DNA of 64,000 nt from Haliotis cracherodii. Taxonomy: Eukaryota. Position 1 is the first letter of the stretch; every line of letters starts with the position of its first letter. A program made the translations under genes and the position numbers. Location: NCBI RefSeq assembly GCF_022045235.1, contig NW_027266297.1, positions 72,168,001 through 72,232,000 on the forward strand. The letters are read 5' to 3'. The notes under the pieces are model-generated. The model was not told the origin of the DNA, did not search any database, and worked only from the letters and a program-made list of their open reading frames with translations. Positions 12,900 to 23,893 of the stretch are shown here, one piece after another.

Positions 12900-13435
12900 C
12901 TGAAACACCAACAATCAGAGTCAAAACAAAAGCTTTCATCAGACTCTAAATGACAAAAACTTAAATAGATTTCTCACAATCTACGCAGTAATATTGCTTT
13001 GATTTTTTCATAACAGATTCAATCTACGTAAGAAGACATTAAGGCTGCCAATACTTACAACCTTATCCTCCTTTGAACATCTGATATCTCATATGATATG
13101 TAGTGTGAAACATGAGATGGTATGAATTTAAGATTGCGGTGTTATTTCCAAGCAGCTTTCTGATCAACACACACACACACACAAACCATTTAAAGAGCTT
13201 ATATGAAGTTAAGGGATATTTTAAGTCAATTAGAGAGATAAAAGAATTTTGTAAGAGACAATATATATAGGATGAAAGAATGTGTATAGCAACTATCTGT
13301 ACTACTAAGATTGAAATTGTAGACAAGCTACTTGTTTCATATTTCCCAGAAACAAGCAGGAAATAAGCAGAAATACCATCGACCATTGAAGATCTGGGTT
13401 AGAATAGGTCTGCATTGCATAATTCCAGGGTCAAG

Positions 13436-14240
13436 TGCTGCACATGACTGAACCAGCCACAAGTGTTGCACAAGACTGAACCAGGGACAAATGCTGCACA
13501 GGACTGAACCAGCCACAAATGCTGCACTAGACTGAACCAGCCACAAATGCTGCACAAGACTGAACCAGTCACAAATGCTGCACAAGACTGAACCAGCCAC
13601 AAATGCTGCACTAGACTGAACCAGCCACAAATGCTGCACAAGACTGAACCAGTCACAAATGCTGCACAAGACTGAACCAGCCACAAATGCTGCAAATGAC
13701 TGAACCAGCCACAAATGCTGCACAAGACTGAACCAGCCATAAATACTGCACTAGACTGAACCAGCCACAAATGCTGCACAAGACTGAACCAGCCACAAAT
13801 GCTGCAAATGACTGAACCAGCCACAAATGCTGCACAAGACTGAACCAGGGACAAATGCTGCACAAGACTGAACCAGCCACAAATGCTGCAAATGACTGAA
13901 CCAGCCACAAATGCTGCACAAGGCTGATCCAGGGACAAATGCTGCACAAGACTGAACCAGCCACAAATGCTGCACATGACTGAACCAGCCACAAATGCTG
14001 CACAAGACTGAACCAGGGACAAATGCTGCACAAGGCTGAACCAGGGACAAATGCTGCACAAGACTGAACCAGTCACAAATGCTGCACAGGACTGAACCAG
14101 CCACAAATGCTGCACAAGACTGAACCAGCCATAAATGCTGCACTAGAATGAACCAGCCACAAATGCTGCACAAGACTGAACCAGCCACAAATGCTGCACA
14201 AGACTGAACCAGCCACAAATGCTGCACTAGACTGAACCAC
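13436..14240. repeat. Tandem array, 28-bp unit
   Basis: gactgaaccagccacaaatgctgcacaa repeated. Confidence 0.96.
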
Positions 14241-14940
14241 AAACATCACTCAAGCTGGGGAACTCACGCACGTATTTGGATCAAGAGCATAGTGCCAATT
14301 CGTCACTTATGAATATGAGTAACATTACTTAACACATCGCTCATTAGATGAACCCTTAGTTTAGTTCTGTTTAAACAACAGTTAAGTGGATTAATCATCA
14401 AAGGTCACTGCACTGGTACTTTGTGCAAATACTTTTTGTAAACAGGTTGACATTCTACAAATCCGATGCTAAACATCTTTGACCTGGTCCACCAGGGCAG
14501 CTAGGCTTTCCTCCCACTAAGCTGCAAGCCATGCTATCACTTGAGTACTGTTCAAAGTGGCATTAAAACTAACTCATTAACTGGAAAAAAAGCTTGGCAC
14601 AACAAAATGATTAAACTGATCATTTCAGCTGGTGTTTTCTGACCATGCTGAGCCATGATTAATTGGCAAAACAATGCTAATGAAAACTACACAAGTATTC
14701 CCATTAAGAATTAGCTGCTTGCTGCTGAGACCCTTTGCCTGTCTTCCCATCTTCATGCAACAACTCATGGCGCTGAAAAAATACACAGTGAAACAACCAT
14801 CCTTTCAAACATCTTCGGCATCCACTGAAGTTTTGAACAATAACTTTCATTTGTCTTCCATGTTTATCGCTCTACTTTAACAAACAAGAGCACATTACAC
14901 AAGCCATTTTGTAGCAAAATTAGAACAATTATTGACCAAC

Positions 14941-15000
14941 CTGTGTCGTCACTGCACTGTATAGATGGTTTTCTGAGCTGGCTTTAAACAGAGATACACC
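14941..15000 (-). CDS. AOPEP: Aminopeptidase O-like internal exon (GVSLFKASSENHLYSAVTTQ)
   Basis: gtcttactttcag|GGTGTA...ACACAG|gttggt. 60 nt, phase 0/0, stop-free. Length fits the gap between the flanking exons. Confidence 0.75.
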
Positions 15001-15569
15001 CTGAAAGTAAGACAAATATACATCAAACAGGCCATCACGGGATGAGAGACCGGCCACTTGAGATGCTGGAGGAGAGGGTGGAGCAGACGGATATAAACGC
15101 AAGTACCTCAGGAAACAATAGTATTAAAGATTTATTCTACGAGAACGTTTTCATCACATTTGAAGATGTTGGGTATGCCTTTTTGTAGCGCACCAGTACC
15201 TATGTTAGTCAACACAAGTGAAATCTATAATGCTAGAAGTTATATATATATGCCCTGCTGCTCGTTTTGGTCGGGCACATTGTCATGCCATGAAATGTTG
15301 TTATTTGAAAATGTTTGGAGCAGACATTATTCTTGGCACTGCTGTTGACATAAAGTCTCTCATCTGAGATGTGTTAAAGACACCCGGGTCATTGTGTAAC
15401 ATAAGTGTACTCTAAAACCAGGGTACTTCTCATCTAAAGTAATCACACAGAACAAATCAACATAGACTTAAAACGAGTATATTTTTAGAGATTCAAGATT
15501 ATTTTGTTAGGATGGGCTTATAGTAAAAGTTGGAATCGAAGAAAGAGCTTTAAATGATTTGAAAGTATG

Positions 15570-16430
15570 CATATATATATATATATTCATGTTTATTCAA
15601 GTATGGGAGGCGATAGGCCCATGTACATTTCAGTTATATATAGTAACACACAACTGAGGCAATTTACATTGAAAAGAATGCTAAGGGTACAATATTAGGT
15701 CTTTGTACATAATAACTGAGCTTCCTTCACATACTTAGCTACATTTCTGAGTATACAGTCATTTTGGTTATTTAAGAGATTGCTAAAAGTATTAATACAT
15801 GGATTGTTATAGAATCTTACAGGAATATACTTTTGTCTTAACTATGCGTAATACGGGCAGACAAACAAAAAGTGGACTTCGTCCTCAATACAACCATTGT
15901 TTCATAGCCGACAACATCGTTGTGAATAAACAATATCCTCTCTTCTGCCCAGATTACTCTGTATAAGCAATTCACTTTATCTCAATAGGCACAGCATATG
16001 TCTATGGTCTCATTTTCTGAAAGATGTAACATAATATTCCATATCCAATAATATCTTGAATAATACCTTAATTTACAAGACTCATAAATATTCATCTGTA
16101 TACTCTGTTTGTTACAATTCAACAAACGTTGTCTAAACAGCAGCAAGAAACACTTAACATCACCAATATTCTGTTCGTACCACACATAACCAAATCCATA
16201 AATGTCTAGTAAATATTGAACATGAGTTGCCCAAGTAATTGCCCGAGTGAGTGAGTGAGTGAGTGAGTGAGTGAGTGAGTGAGTGAGTGAGTGAGTGAGT
16301 GAGTGAGTGAGTGAGTGAGTATGGTTTTACACTGCTTTTAGCAATATTCCAGCAATATCACGGCAATATGTTGCACCATGTGAAGCTTCTCTGAGAGTAA
16401 CTCCTGTTGTGACGTACAGTTATCCCATAT
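15570..16430 (-). pseudogene. Non-LTR retrotransposon 3' remnant (RTE-X-like), interrupted by a SINE tail
   Basis: Minus strand gives WATHVQYLLDIYGFGYVWYEQ..FRQRL and the C-terminal zinc-knuckle-like RCCRL*NNGCIEDEVHFLFVCPYY, then aataaa and (AT)n. Clade assignment is inferred. Confidence 0.7.
16246..16366 (-). mobile_element. SINE family B 3' fragment with expanded (GAGT)n tail
   Basis: About 18 GAGT units followed by atggttttac..gcttttagcaatattccagcaatatc. Confidence 0.85.
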
Positions 16431-16431
16431 A

Positions 16432-17690
16432 TTAGAGTTGTCGTCGAGGACAGGTAAAATTAAATATAAATAGCGCTTTCTGGGTCAAGTGGTATTTATA
16501 TTTCCTCAAGCAATCAATCATAGGACTAGCTTTCTTAACAACACAACTAATATGTTCATGCCATTGAGCGTCTTCTTGTAATACAACTCCTAAATGCTTA
16601 TCTGATACTACCTGATTAATAATCTTTCCTTTCATGGGCAAAGGTTCTCTGTGACCAGGTGGACGCTTGCATGAAAACTGAATAGTTTCACTCTTCTCTG
16701 GATTAAACTAAACTTGCCATTTATCACCCGTTCTGCGATTCGGTGGAGATTGCCATTAAGTCTTCTGCTTGTAGTCGAGATCTTTGCCATTAAGTCTTCT
16801 GCTTGTAGTCGAGATCTTGGCCATTAAGTCTCCTGCTTGTAGTCGAGATCTTTGCCATTAAGTCTCCTGCTTGTAGTTGAGATCTTTGCCATTACGTCTC
16901 CTGCTTGTAGTCGAGATGTTTGCCATTAAGTCTCCTGCTTGTAATCGAGATCTTTGCCATTAAGTCTCCTGCTTGTAGTCGAGATCTTTGCCATTAAGTC
17001 TCCTGCTTGTAATCGAGATCTTTGACCACTACATCAAGTGGAGTATCCTCAGCAGACAGTCGTATATAGGATTGCATGCTACCAACAATGTCATTTATAT
17101 AAATACGAAAGAGCAGAGGGCCCATGACAGATTGCTGAGGTACACTTGATGCCTGTCCATTAACTACTACTCTGTGTAGTCTTTTGGATAAATAGTTTTC
17201 GATTTATTTCAATAAGTTTCCATTCATGCTGACTGCTTTTGATTTAGATAACAATCCCTTGCGCCATACCTTATTAAATGCCTTGCTTATGTCACAGAAC
17301 ACTGCCCCTACTTCCTTATCATTACTGAGAGCAGGAACTATCACACTGTAGAAGTACGTGAGTTGAGATTGGTGGAATCTCAAGGTAGAAAACCTGACAG
17401 TAATTTTGACAAAATATCATTATCTCCAAGAAAAATAAAGACATACTTGAAGACACACTTCTCGAATGTCTTCGCCTTAAGTTAAAGCAACTGGTCTGCA
17501 GTTGGGACAACTATCAATATCGCTTTTTTGTAAACTGGTGTCACATTTGCTTCTTTCCACATGTTAGGAAATATTGCATTTCGAATAGAAAAATTAAATA
17601 GTTCAATAACACATGGGATAAGCTACTGGGGATCATTTTGATTAATTTGTTTCCACCATCAGGTACAGTTGCTTTAGTAGCATCAGCAGA
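16432..17690 (-). pseudogene. CR1-group LINE reverse transcriptase remnant (disrupted)
   Basis: Minus-strand motifs FPNMWKEANVTPVYKK, VFCDISKAFNKVW, VPQQSVMGPLLF.IYINDI, FNPEKSE and KHLGVVLQED..W.EHI, with frameshifts. Confidence 0.85.
16745..17025. repeat. Tandem array, about 35-bp unit, inside the CR1 remnant
   Basis: cgagatctttgccattaagtctcctgcttgtagt repeated about 8 times. Confidence 0.92.
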
Positions 17691-17712
17691 GATCATACAC
17701 CTCGTCCTGAGA

Positions 17713-17888
17713 GGGTGCGGTCGGGTAGCCTAGTGGTTAAAGCATTCGCTGGTCACGCCGAAGACCCAGGTTTAATTCCTGAAACGGGTACAATGTGTGA
17801 AGCCCATTTCTGGTGTCCCCCACCATGATATTGCTGGAATATTGCCAAAAGCGGCGTAAAACCATACTCACTCACTCACTCACTCACT
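17713..17888 (+). mobile_element. tRNA-headed SINE family B, full length
   Basis: A-box tagcctagtggtt; degenerate B-box; tail gctggaatattgccaaaagcggcgtaaaaccat(actc)n; short TSD ctgagag. Confidence 0.88.
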
Positions 17889-17962
17889 TTCTGAGAGAAA
17901 ACTAAATCACTTACTGTATATTGCAGATCATACTCTTTTAAAACAGTAGGACATATGTAGTG

Positions 17963-18303
17963 AAGTGAGGTGAAAAGAGGTCTAACATCGCATTCAAGAT
18001 TATTGCACTTATACTGTGATATGCATGCACACGTGTGTCTGTCTGCTTGTACTAGTCCGGACTAATGCCAGTTTTGTAGTGATAGCCCACTGAGACACCA
18101 TGCCACAGTTTAACATGGACATCCACTCAGACACAGTATACTGACTCTGAGTTGACCAGTCCTTGTTTTAGCCCCTTAACGCCGAGCACCAGGCAGGTAA
18201 ACAAGAATTACAATCTTTTAATGTCTCCTAGTAGGACATGGTCGGTTATTGATGGAACCACTGACCTCCCACTTTTCAGGCAGACACACTATCCACTAGC
18301 TAT
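17963..18303 (-). mobile_element. SINE family C, diverged
   Basis: Homologous to 955-1288. Confidence 0.8.
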
Positions 18304-18444
18304 AGGGCAGGGAGCTGGTCAGTGGAACGTAGGAGGAACACCACTGCAGTGTTTGGATGATGCTCATGATAAATAAGGCCAGGAAGCTGAGGAATCACAG
18401 GGTCTCAGTCTAGAGGCACCAAAAAAGCCCATACCTCAGATGAA

Positions 18445-18603
18445 AGAGTGAGAGAGTTAGTTAGTTTTACGCTGCTTTTAGCAATATTCCAGCAATCGGT
18501 GTACTCCAGAAATAGGCTTCACATATTGCATCCATGTCAGGAATCGAAACTGGGTCTTCGGCGTGATGAGCGAACGCTTTAACCACTAGGCTACCCGACC
18601 ACC
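18445..18603 (-). mobile_element. SINE family B
   Basis: Reverse-complement homolog of 17713-17888. Confidence 0.85.
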
Positions 18604-19002
18604 AAAATGAAAGAGAGGAAGTTACCTTGATGTCAAAGATATTACCCCAAACCACTCCAAGATACAAAAGAACTTTCAGTTCCACTATTGACATAGCCAG
18701 CACATCATCATTCACCTCTGGCCCCGACAATAGCTAAATGCCCCACTTCAGCCTCTGGTTAACACACGTACCAAGTTTGGGTAAAAAATCTTTCAGGTTT
18801 CAAGTTATGCCCTGGAAATGAAATATGGACAGACTGAAGAACGGACAAACAGTTTCAAATATGAAATCTCTTAAATGTGTAGTAAACCCATGTCAGAAAA
18901 TATTTATCACATTGATCTTTTACAACATAGAAACCTGAACAACAGCCATTTTTCAAAATGTTAACCTTACTTGACTGATGAGAACAACCCCATACACAAC
19001 TA

Positions 19003-19250
19003 CCCGTGAAGATCCGGGATAGAATAGGTCTTCAGCAACCCATGCTTGCCGTAAAAGGCGAGTATGCTTGTCGTAAGAGACGACTAACGGGAGTGGTCAG
19101 GCTCGCTGACTTGGTTAATGCATGTCATCGGTCCCAATTGCGTGGATCGATGCTCATGATGTCAATCACTGGACTGTCTGGTCCTGACTCGATTATTTAC
19201 AGACCGCCGTCATACGGCGGGTATATTGGTGAGTGCAAACAAACAGACAA
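19003..19250 (+). mobile_element. SINE-like family D, apparently full length, no tRNA head
   Basis: Same 5' boundary (cccgtgaagatcc) as the copies ending at about 27900 and 59353. Candidate TSD acaactac at 18996-19003 and 19259-19266. Confidence 0.85.
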
Positions 19251-19802
19251 ATATAAAAACAACTACCAGTTGTGGAAAAGTGGAAAGAGTTGGGTTGTTG
19301 TGGAGGACACTATAACATTTTCAAAACAAGCTCTACTTAGTTGCAGTCAGGAAATTCATAGAACAAATTCTGAAAAAATCATATTGAGATGGTCAGTTGT
19401 GAAGACATTCAGTGCTCATGGACACTTTTAGTCAGTAAATGCAAGCTCTATTTTCTATTGTTATGGAGGTTATGAAGTACGGACAACTTATATTCTCCCC
19501 TGAATATCTCAATGTCACATGTCTGTCGGAGTCTACGAGCATTAACCAGAGCCATCTGGAAACTTCAAAATGCAAATTACACCAGAAAGTTGGATATATC
19601 ATCAAGTAGGAATAAAATGTTTTTTTCAAAATGAAAATCCTTTGTAAAACTAATTGAACAAGTCAAACAATGCATTAATGCTCCTCTTCAGTGAGAGAAT
19701 AACTTTCATGATGTAAACTAGACATTTTTGCTGAATAGAAAACCTACTTCATCTGCTGTGTTTGACAATAAAGGAATGGACAACGACAAGTGAATACATA
19801 TA

Positions 19803-19903
19803 TACTGCTCAAAATAGGTTAAAGAGCACACAATGCTTTCATGTTACTATAGTTTTCCTGGCATGGTAAGAATGGGGTGTTGTTTAACTTGTTTTGAGTA
19901 GTC
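19803..19903. mobile_element. Tiny Tc1-like MITE remnant
   Basis: ta|tactgctcaaaataggttaaa ... tttaacttgttttgagtagtc|ta imperfect TIRs. Confidence 0.55.
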
Positions 19904-20307
19904 TATTGTACATGATTATCGTGCTCCAGTGTACAGTGTTCCCCGATCCTGCTGGAGGGGGACTGTGCAGAGGATCACCTTGCGCTATTACACTCAGATT
20001 TATCCTACATCATGGCAGAATCCAACCAATCACCTCCAGGCAACACTCAGCTACAACCTTAAACTGAGTGAATATTTAACATATACATAATTGCACAAAC
20101 AACATGATTAGATTGGGAATATGAGACTATTTGTTGGTATAAGATCTCAATTTTATATGAATTTATATGACAGAGTGTTGTTTAATGCCAGTCAACAACT
20201 TTCCAGCAAATTACTTTCCACTGATACTTGAGTCAGGAGCAGGCAAATCAGTGACAGTACACACACAGCAATCATCTTCCTGAGGCAAGGGAGTTACAGA
20301 CTCTAAA

Positions 20308-20808
20308 TGTATGTGAGGGATATGTGGGGGGTAGGTGGGGGGTATGTGGGGGGTATGTGAGGGGTAGGTGAGGGGTATGTGAGGGATATGTGAAGGGTAT
20401 GTGGGGGGTATGTGAGGGGTATGTGTGGGGTATGTGTGGGGTATGTGAGGGATATGTGAGGGGTATGTGAGGGGTATGTGAGGGATATGTGAGGGATATG
20501 GGGGGGTTATGTTAGGGGGAGGGGGGTATGTGAGGGGTTCTTGGGGGGAATGTGAGGGGTATGTGAGGGATATGTGAGGGGTATGTGGGGGGTATGTGGG
20601 GGGTATGTGAGGGATATGTGAGGGATATATGTGAAGGGTGGGGTGGGGGAATGTGGGGGGAATGTGAGGGGTATGTGGGGGGGTATGTGGGGGATATATG
20701 TGAGGGGGTGGGGGGTGGGGTGGGGTATGTGAGGGGTATGTGGGGGGAATGTCAGGGGAATGTGAGGGGTATATGAGGGATATGTGAGGGATACGTGGGG
20801 GATATGTG
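20308..20808. repeat. G-rich degenerate minisatellite (GTATGTGAGGG-like)
   Basis: Direct inspection. Confidence 0.9.
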
Positions 20809-20844
20809 TGCCTGGGAGTAACTATGTGAAGGTACACATGGGTA

Positions 20845-22236
20845 GTAGGGGCACCTACCTGGGGGTGATGGGTGGGTACTGGGGGCACCTTCCTGGAGGC
20901 GATGGGTGGGTACTGGGGGCACCTTCCTGGAGGCGATGGGTGGGTACTGGGGGCACCTACCTGGGGGTGATGTGTGGTACTGGGGCACCTACCTGGGGGT
21001 GATGGGTGGGTACTGGGGGCAGCTACCTGGGGGTGATGGTTGGGTACTGGGGGCACCTTCCTGGAGGCGATGGGTGGGTACTGGGGGCAGCTACCTGGGG
21101 GTGATGGGTGGGTACTGGGGGCAGCTACCTGGGGGTGATGGGTGGGTACTGGGGGCACCTACCTGGGGGTGATGGGTGGGTACTGGGGGCACCTACCTGG
21201 GGGTGGTGGGTGCGTACTGGGGGCACCTACCTGGGGGTGGAGGGTGGGTACTGGGGGCACCTTCCTGGGGGTGATGGATGGGTACTTGGGGCACCTACCT
21301 GGGGGTGGTGGGTGCGTACTGGGGGCTCCTACCTGGGGGTGGGGGGTGGGGGGGTACTTGGGGCACCTACCTGGAGGCGATAGGTGGGTACTGGGGGCAC
21401 CTACCTGGAGGTTGTGGGTGGGTACTGGGGGCACCTACCTTGGGGTGGTGGTAGGGTACTGAGGGCACCTACCTGGAGGTGGAGAGTGGAAACTGGTGGC
21501 ACCTACCTGGGAGGGAGGGTGGGTACTGGTGGCACTTACCTGGGAGGGAGGGTTGGTACTGGGGGCACCTACCTGGGAGGGAGGGTGGGTACTGGTGGCA
21601 CCTACCTGGGAGGGAGGGTTGGTACTGGGGGCACCTACCTGGGAGGGAGGGTGGGTACTGGTGGCACCTACCTGGGAGGGAGGGTTGGTACTGGTGACAC
21701 CTACCTGGGAGGGAGGGTGGGTACTGGGGGCACCTACCTGGGAGGGAGGGTGGGTACTGGTGGCACCTACCTGGGAGGGAGGGTGGGTACTGGTGACACT
21801 TACCTGGGAGGGAGGGTGGGTACTGGTGACACTTACCTGGGAGGGAGGGTTGGTACTGGGGGCACCTACCTGGGAGGGAGGGTTGGTACTTGGGGCACCT
21901 ACCTGGGAGGGAGGGTGGGTACTGGTGGCACCTACCAGGGAGGGAGGGTGGGTACTGGTGACACTTACCTGGGAGGGAGGGTGGGTACTGGTGACACTTA
22001 CCAGGGAGGGAGGGTGGGTACTGGTGGCACTTACCAGGGAGGGAGGGTGGGTACTGGTGGCACCTACCTGGGAGGGAGGGTGGGTACTGGTGGCACCTAC
22101 CAGGGAGGGAGGGTGGGTACTGGTGACACTTACCTGGGAGGGAGGGTGGGTACTGGGGGCACCTACCTGGGAGGGAGGGTGGGTACTGGTGGCACCTACC
22201 TGGGAGGGAGGGTGGGTACTGGGGACACCTACCTGG
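20845..22236. repeat. G-rich minisatellite (33-bp units at 21490-22236, mostly 34-bp units at 20845-21490) overlapping the splice donor of the 22233-22296 exon
   Basis: Unit gcacctacctgggagggagggtgggtactggtg; each unit reads CAG|GTAGGT, CAG|GTAAGT or CTG|GTA(A/G)GT on the minus strand. Confidence 0.97.
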
Positions 22237-22296
22237 GGGAGGTGTGGACAGTCCAGCCACTCTGCTGTCAGCTGCAATTCACTCAGACCCTCAGTC
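22233..22296 (-). CDS. AOPEP: Aminopeptidase O-like internal exon ((R)TEGLSELQLTAEWLDCPHLPQ)
   Basis: cttctgttccag|G ACT GAG...CTC CCC CAG|gtaggt. 64 nt, phase 2 to phase 0. Contains the WLxxxxxP motif of the M1 aminopeptidase C-terminal region. Confidence 0.85.
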
Positions 22297-22589
22297 CTGG
22301 AACAGAAGCATATAATGCTATAACTGGGATTGTTCTTATGACATATATCAGACCAAATCATATAACCCTACATATTACAGTTCTAGTCCAGATTACATCC
22401 TTGTTGTATAGTATAATCTTGTCGTTATACTAAAGATATTCTCGGCATGCCATGAACTGCAAATAAAAGTTAAAAAAGCCTTTCTATAATCATAACAAAT
22501 ATCTGTCAACTGCACAATACCAACTAGTTATTAAGCATGTTTGATAATACCGCAGACTAACTACTGGTCCACAAGCAGCAGACTAACTA

Positions 22590-23694
22590 CCATATTTTCT
22601 TGAGTATAGTGTCCACTTTTTTTCCAAAACACAACTGTGTAGAAGGGGGTGCACATTATACACGCCATAATGAATCTTGATGTTTTTTCCCCAACGCAAA
22701 GACCTTACCATGAGCACATAAAAACTGAAATGCCATGTCAACAAATCCGTACTGAAATATGCAAGTTAATCATGTAATGACACCATCTGGCTATAAAAAG
22801 TGTTCTTTGTATCTCTGGACTTATCTGGACTTATGTTTGTAACTTAGTTCATTAATTTTATCTAAAATTCCTTTTAATATTGTTTTAATTAATTTCGTCG
22901 AAATCATGTGTGAAGCAATCGGAATATCGTATAACTCACCGTTATTAATAGCAACCACAGTCAGATTACCGCTATTGACGTCTTGAAACGAACTTTAGTT
23001 GACAGAGAATGTATACATATGTCATAAATGCTGTACTTTGACTCGTTAAACGTCATATTTATTGTAGTTTGACGATTCTACGTCAACATGTACTCCTCGC
23101 AATCACGTGTGAGGGAGTCTCAACAGTGACTGGTCAAATTGTTCCACGTGAAAAAAAATAACCGGGAATAGCGATCACCTGCAATGAAGTGCTACGCTTA
23201 GGGTTATTATCATTTTAAATATATTTAGTAAAAACTGCAACTAAAATAACATAATATTGGAATATATTATTCCGGACAAAAAAATAGTTTCAGATACAAT
23301 TTTTCACGATCCTTGCATCAAAATCCTTTAAAGTTATATCATTGGGTAAGTTTTGACTGAATCACCGGTAGATTCCAAGAAAAAGTGTGTACAGCTCATT
23401 GCTGTGTCCGGCTTAGTTTACGAGAAAATACACAAGGTAATCTTAATCCCTGGATGTTAAACAATGCCGAGCAGAACAAAAAATACAATTTAAACGGTAA
23501 ATCAACATGTCTGGTGATTTTTTAGCTCGCATTTTAAATTTGTACTGACCAAGTTTCTTATCACCCATTCATTTACCGGAATTCGCTGAAGGGGTACGGC
23601 ATAATTTTTTTCTGCAAATAATATTCGAATTATTTTTTTTTTTATTTACTGAATCTGCTAGAGAGGGGTGCGCACTATACTCAAGAAATTATGG
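22590..23694. mobile_element. Non-autonomous Tc1/mariner-type DNA element, 1.1 kb
   Basis: TIRs CCATATTTTCTTGAGTATAGTG / CACTATACTCAAGAAATTATGG; TA TSD at 22588-89 and 23695-96; inserted into a gactaacTActggtccac satellite unit. Confidence 0.9.
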
Positions 23695-23893
23695 TACTGG
23701 TCCACTGACAGCAGACTAACTACTAGTCCACTGACAGCAGACTACTGGTCCACTGACAGCACACTAACTACTGGTCCACAACAGCAGACTAATTACTGGT
23801 CCACAACAGCAGACTAACTACTGGTCTACTGACAGCAGACTTACTACTGGTCCACTAACAGCAGACTAGCTACATGTCCACTAACTGCAGACT
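23695..23893. repeat. About 27-29-bp tandem array (continues at 22552-22589 on the other side of the insertion)
   Basis: gcagactaactactggtccactgaca repeated. Confidence 0.85.
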
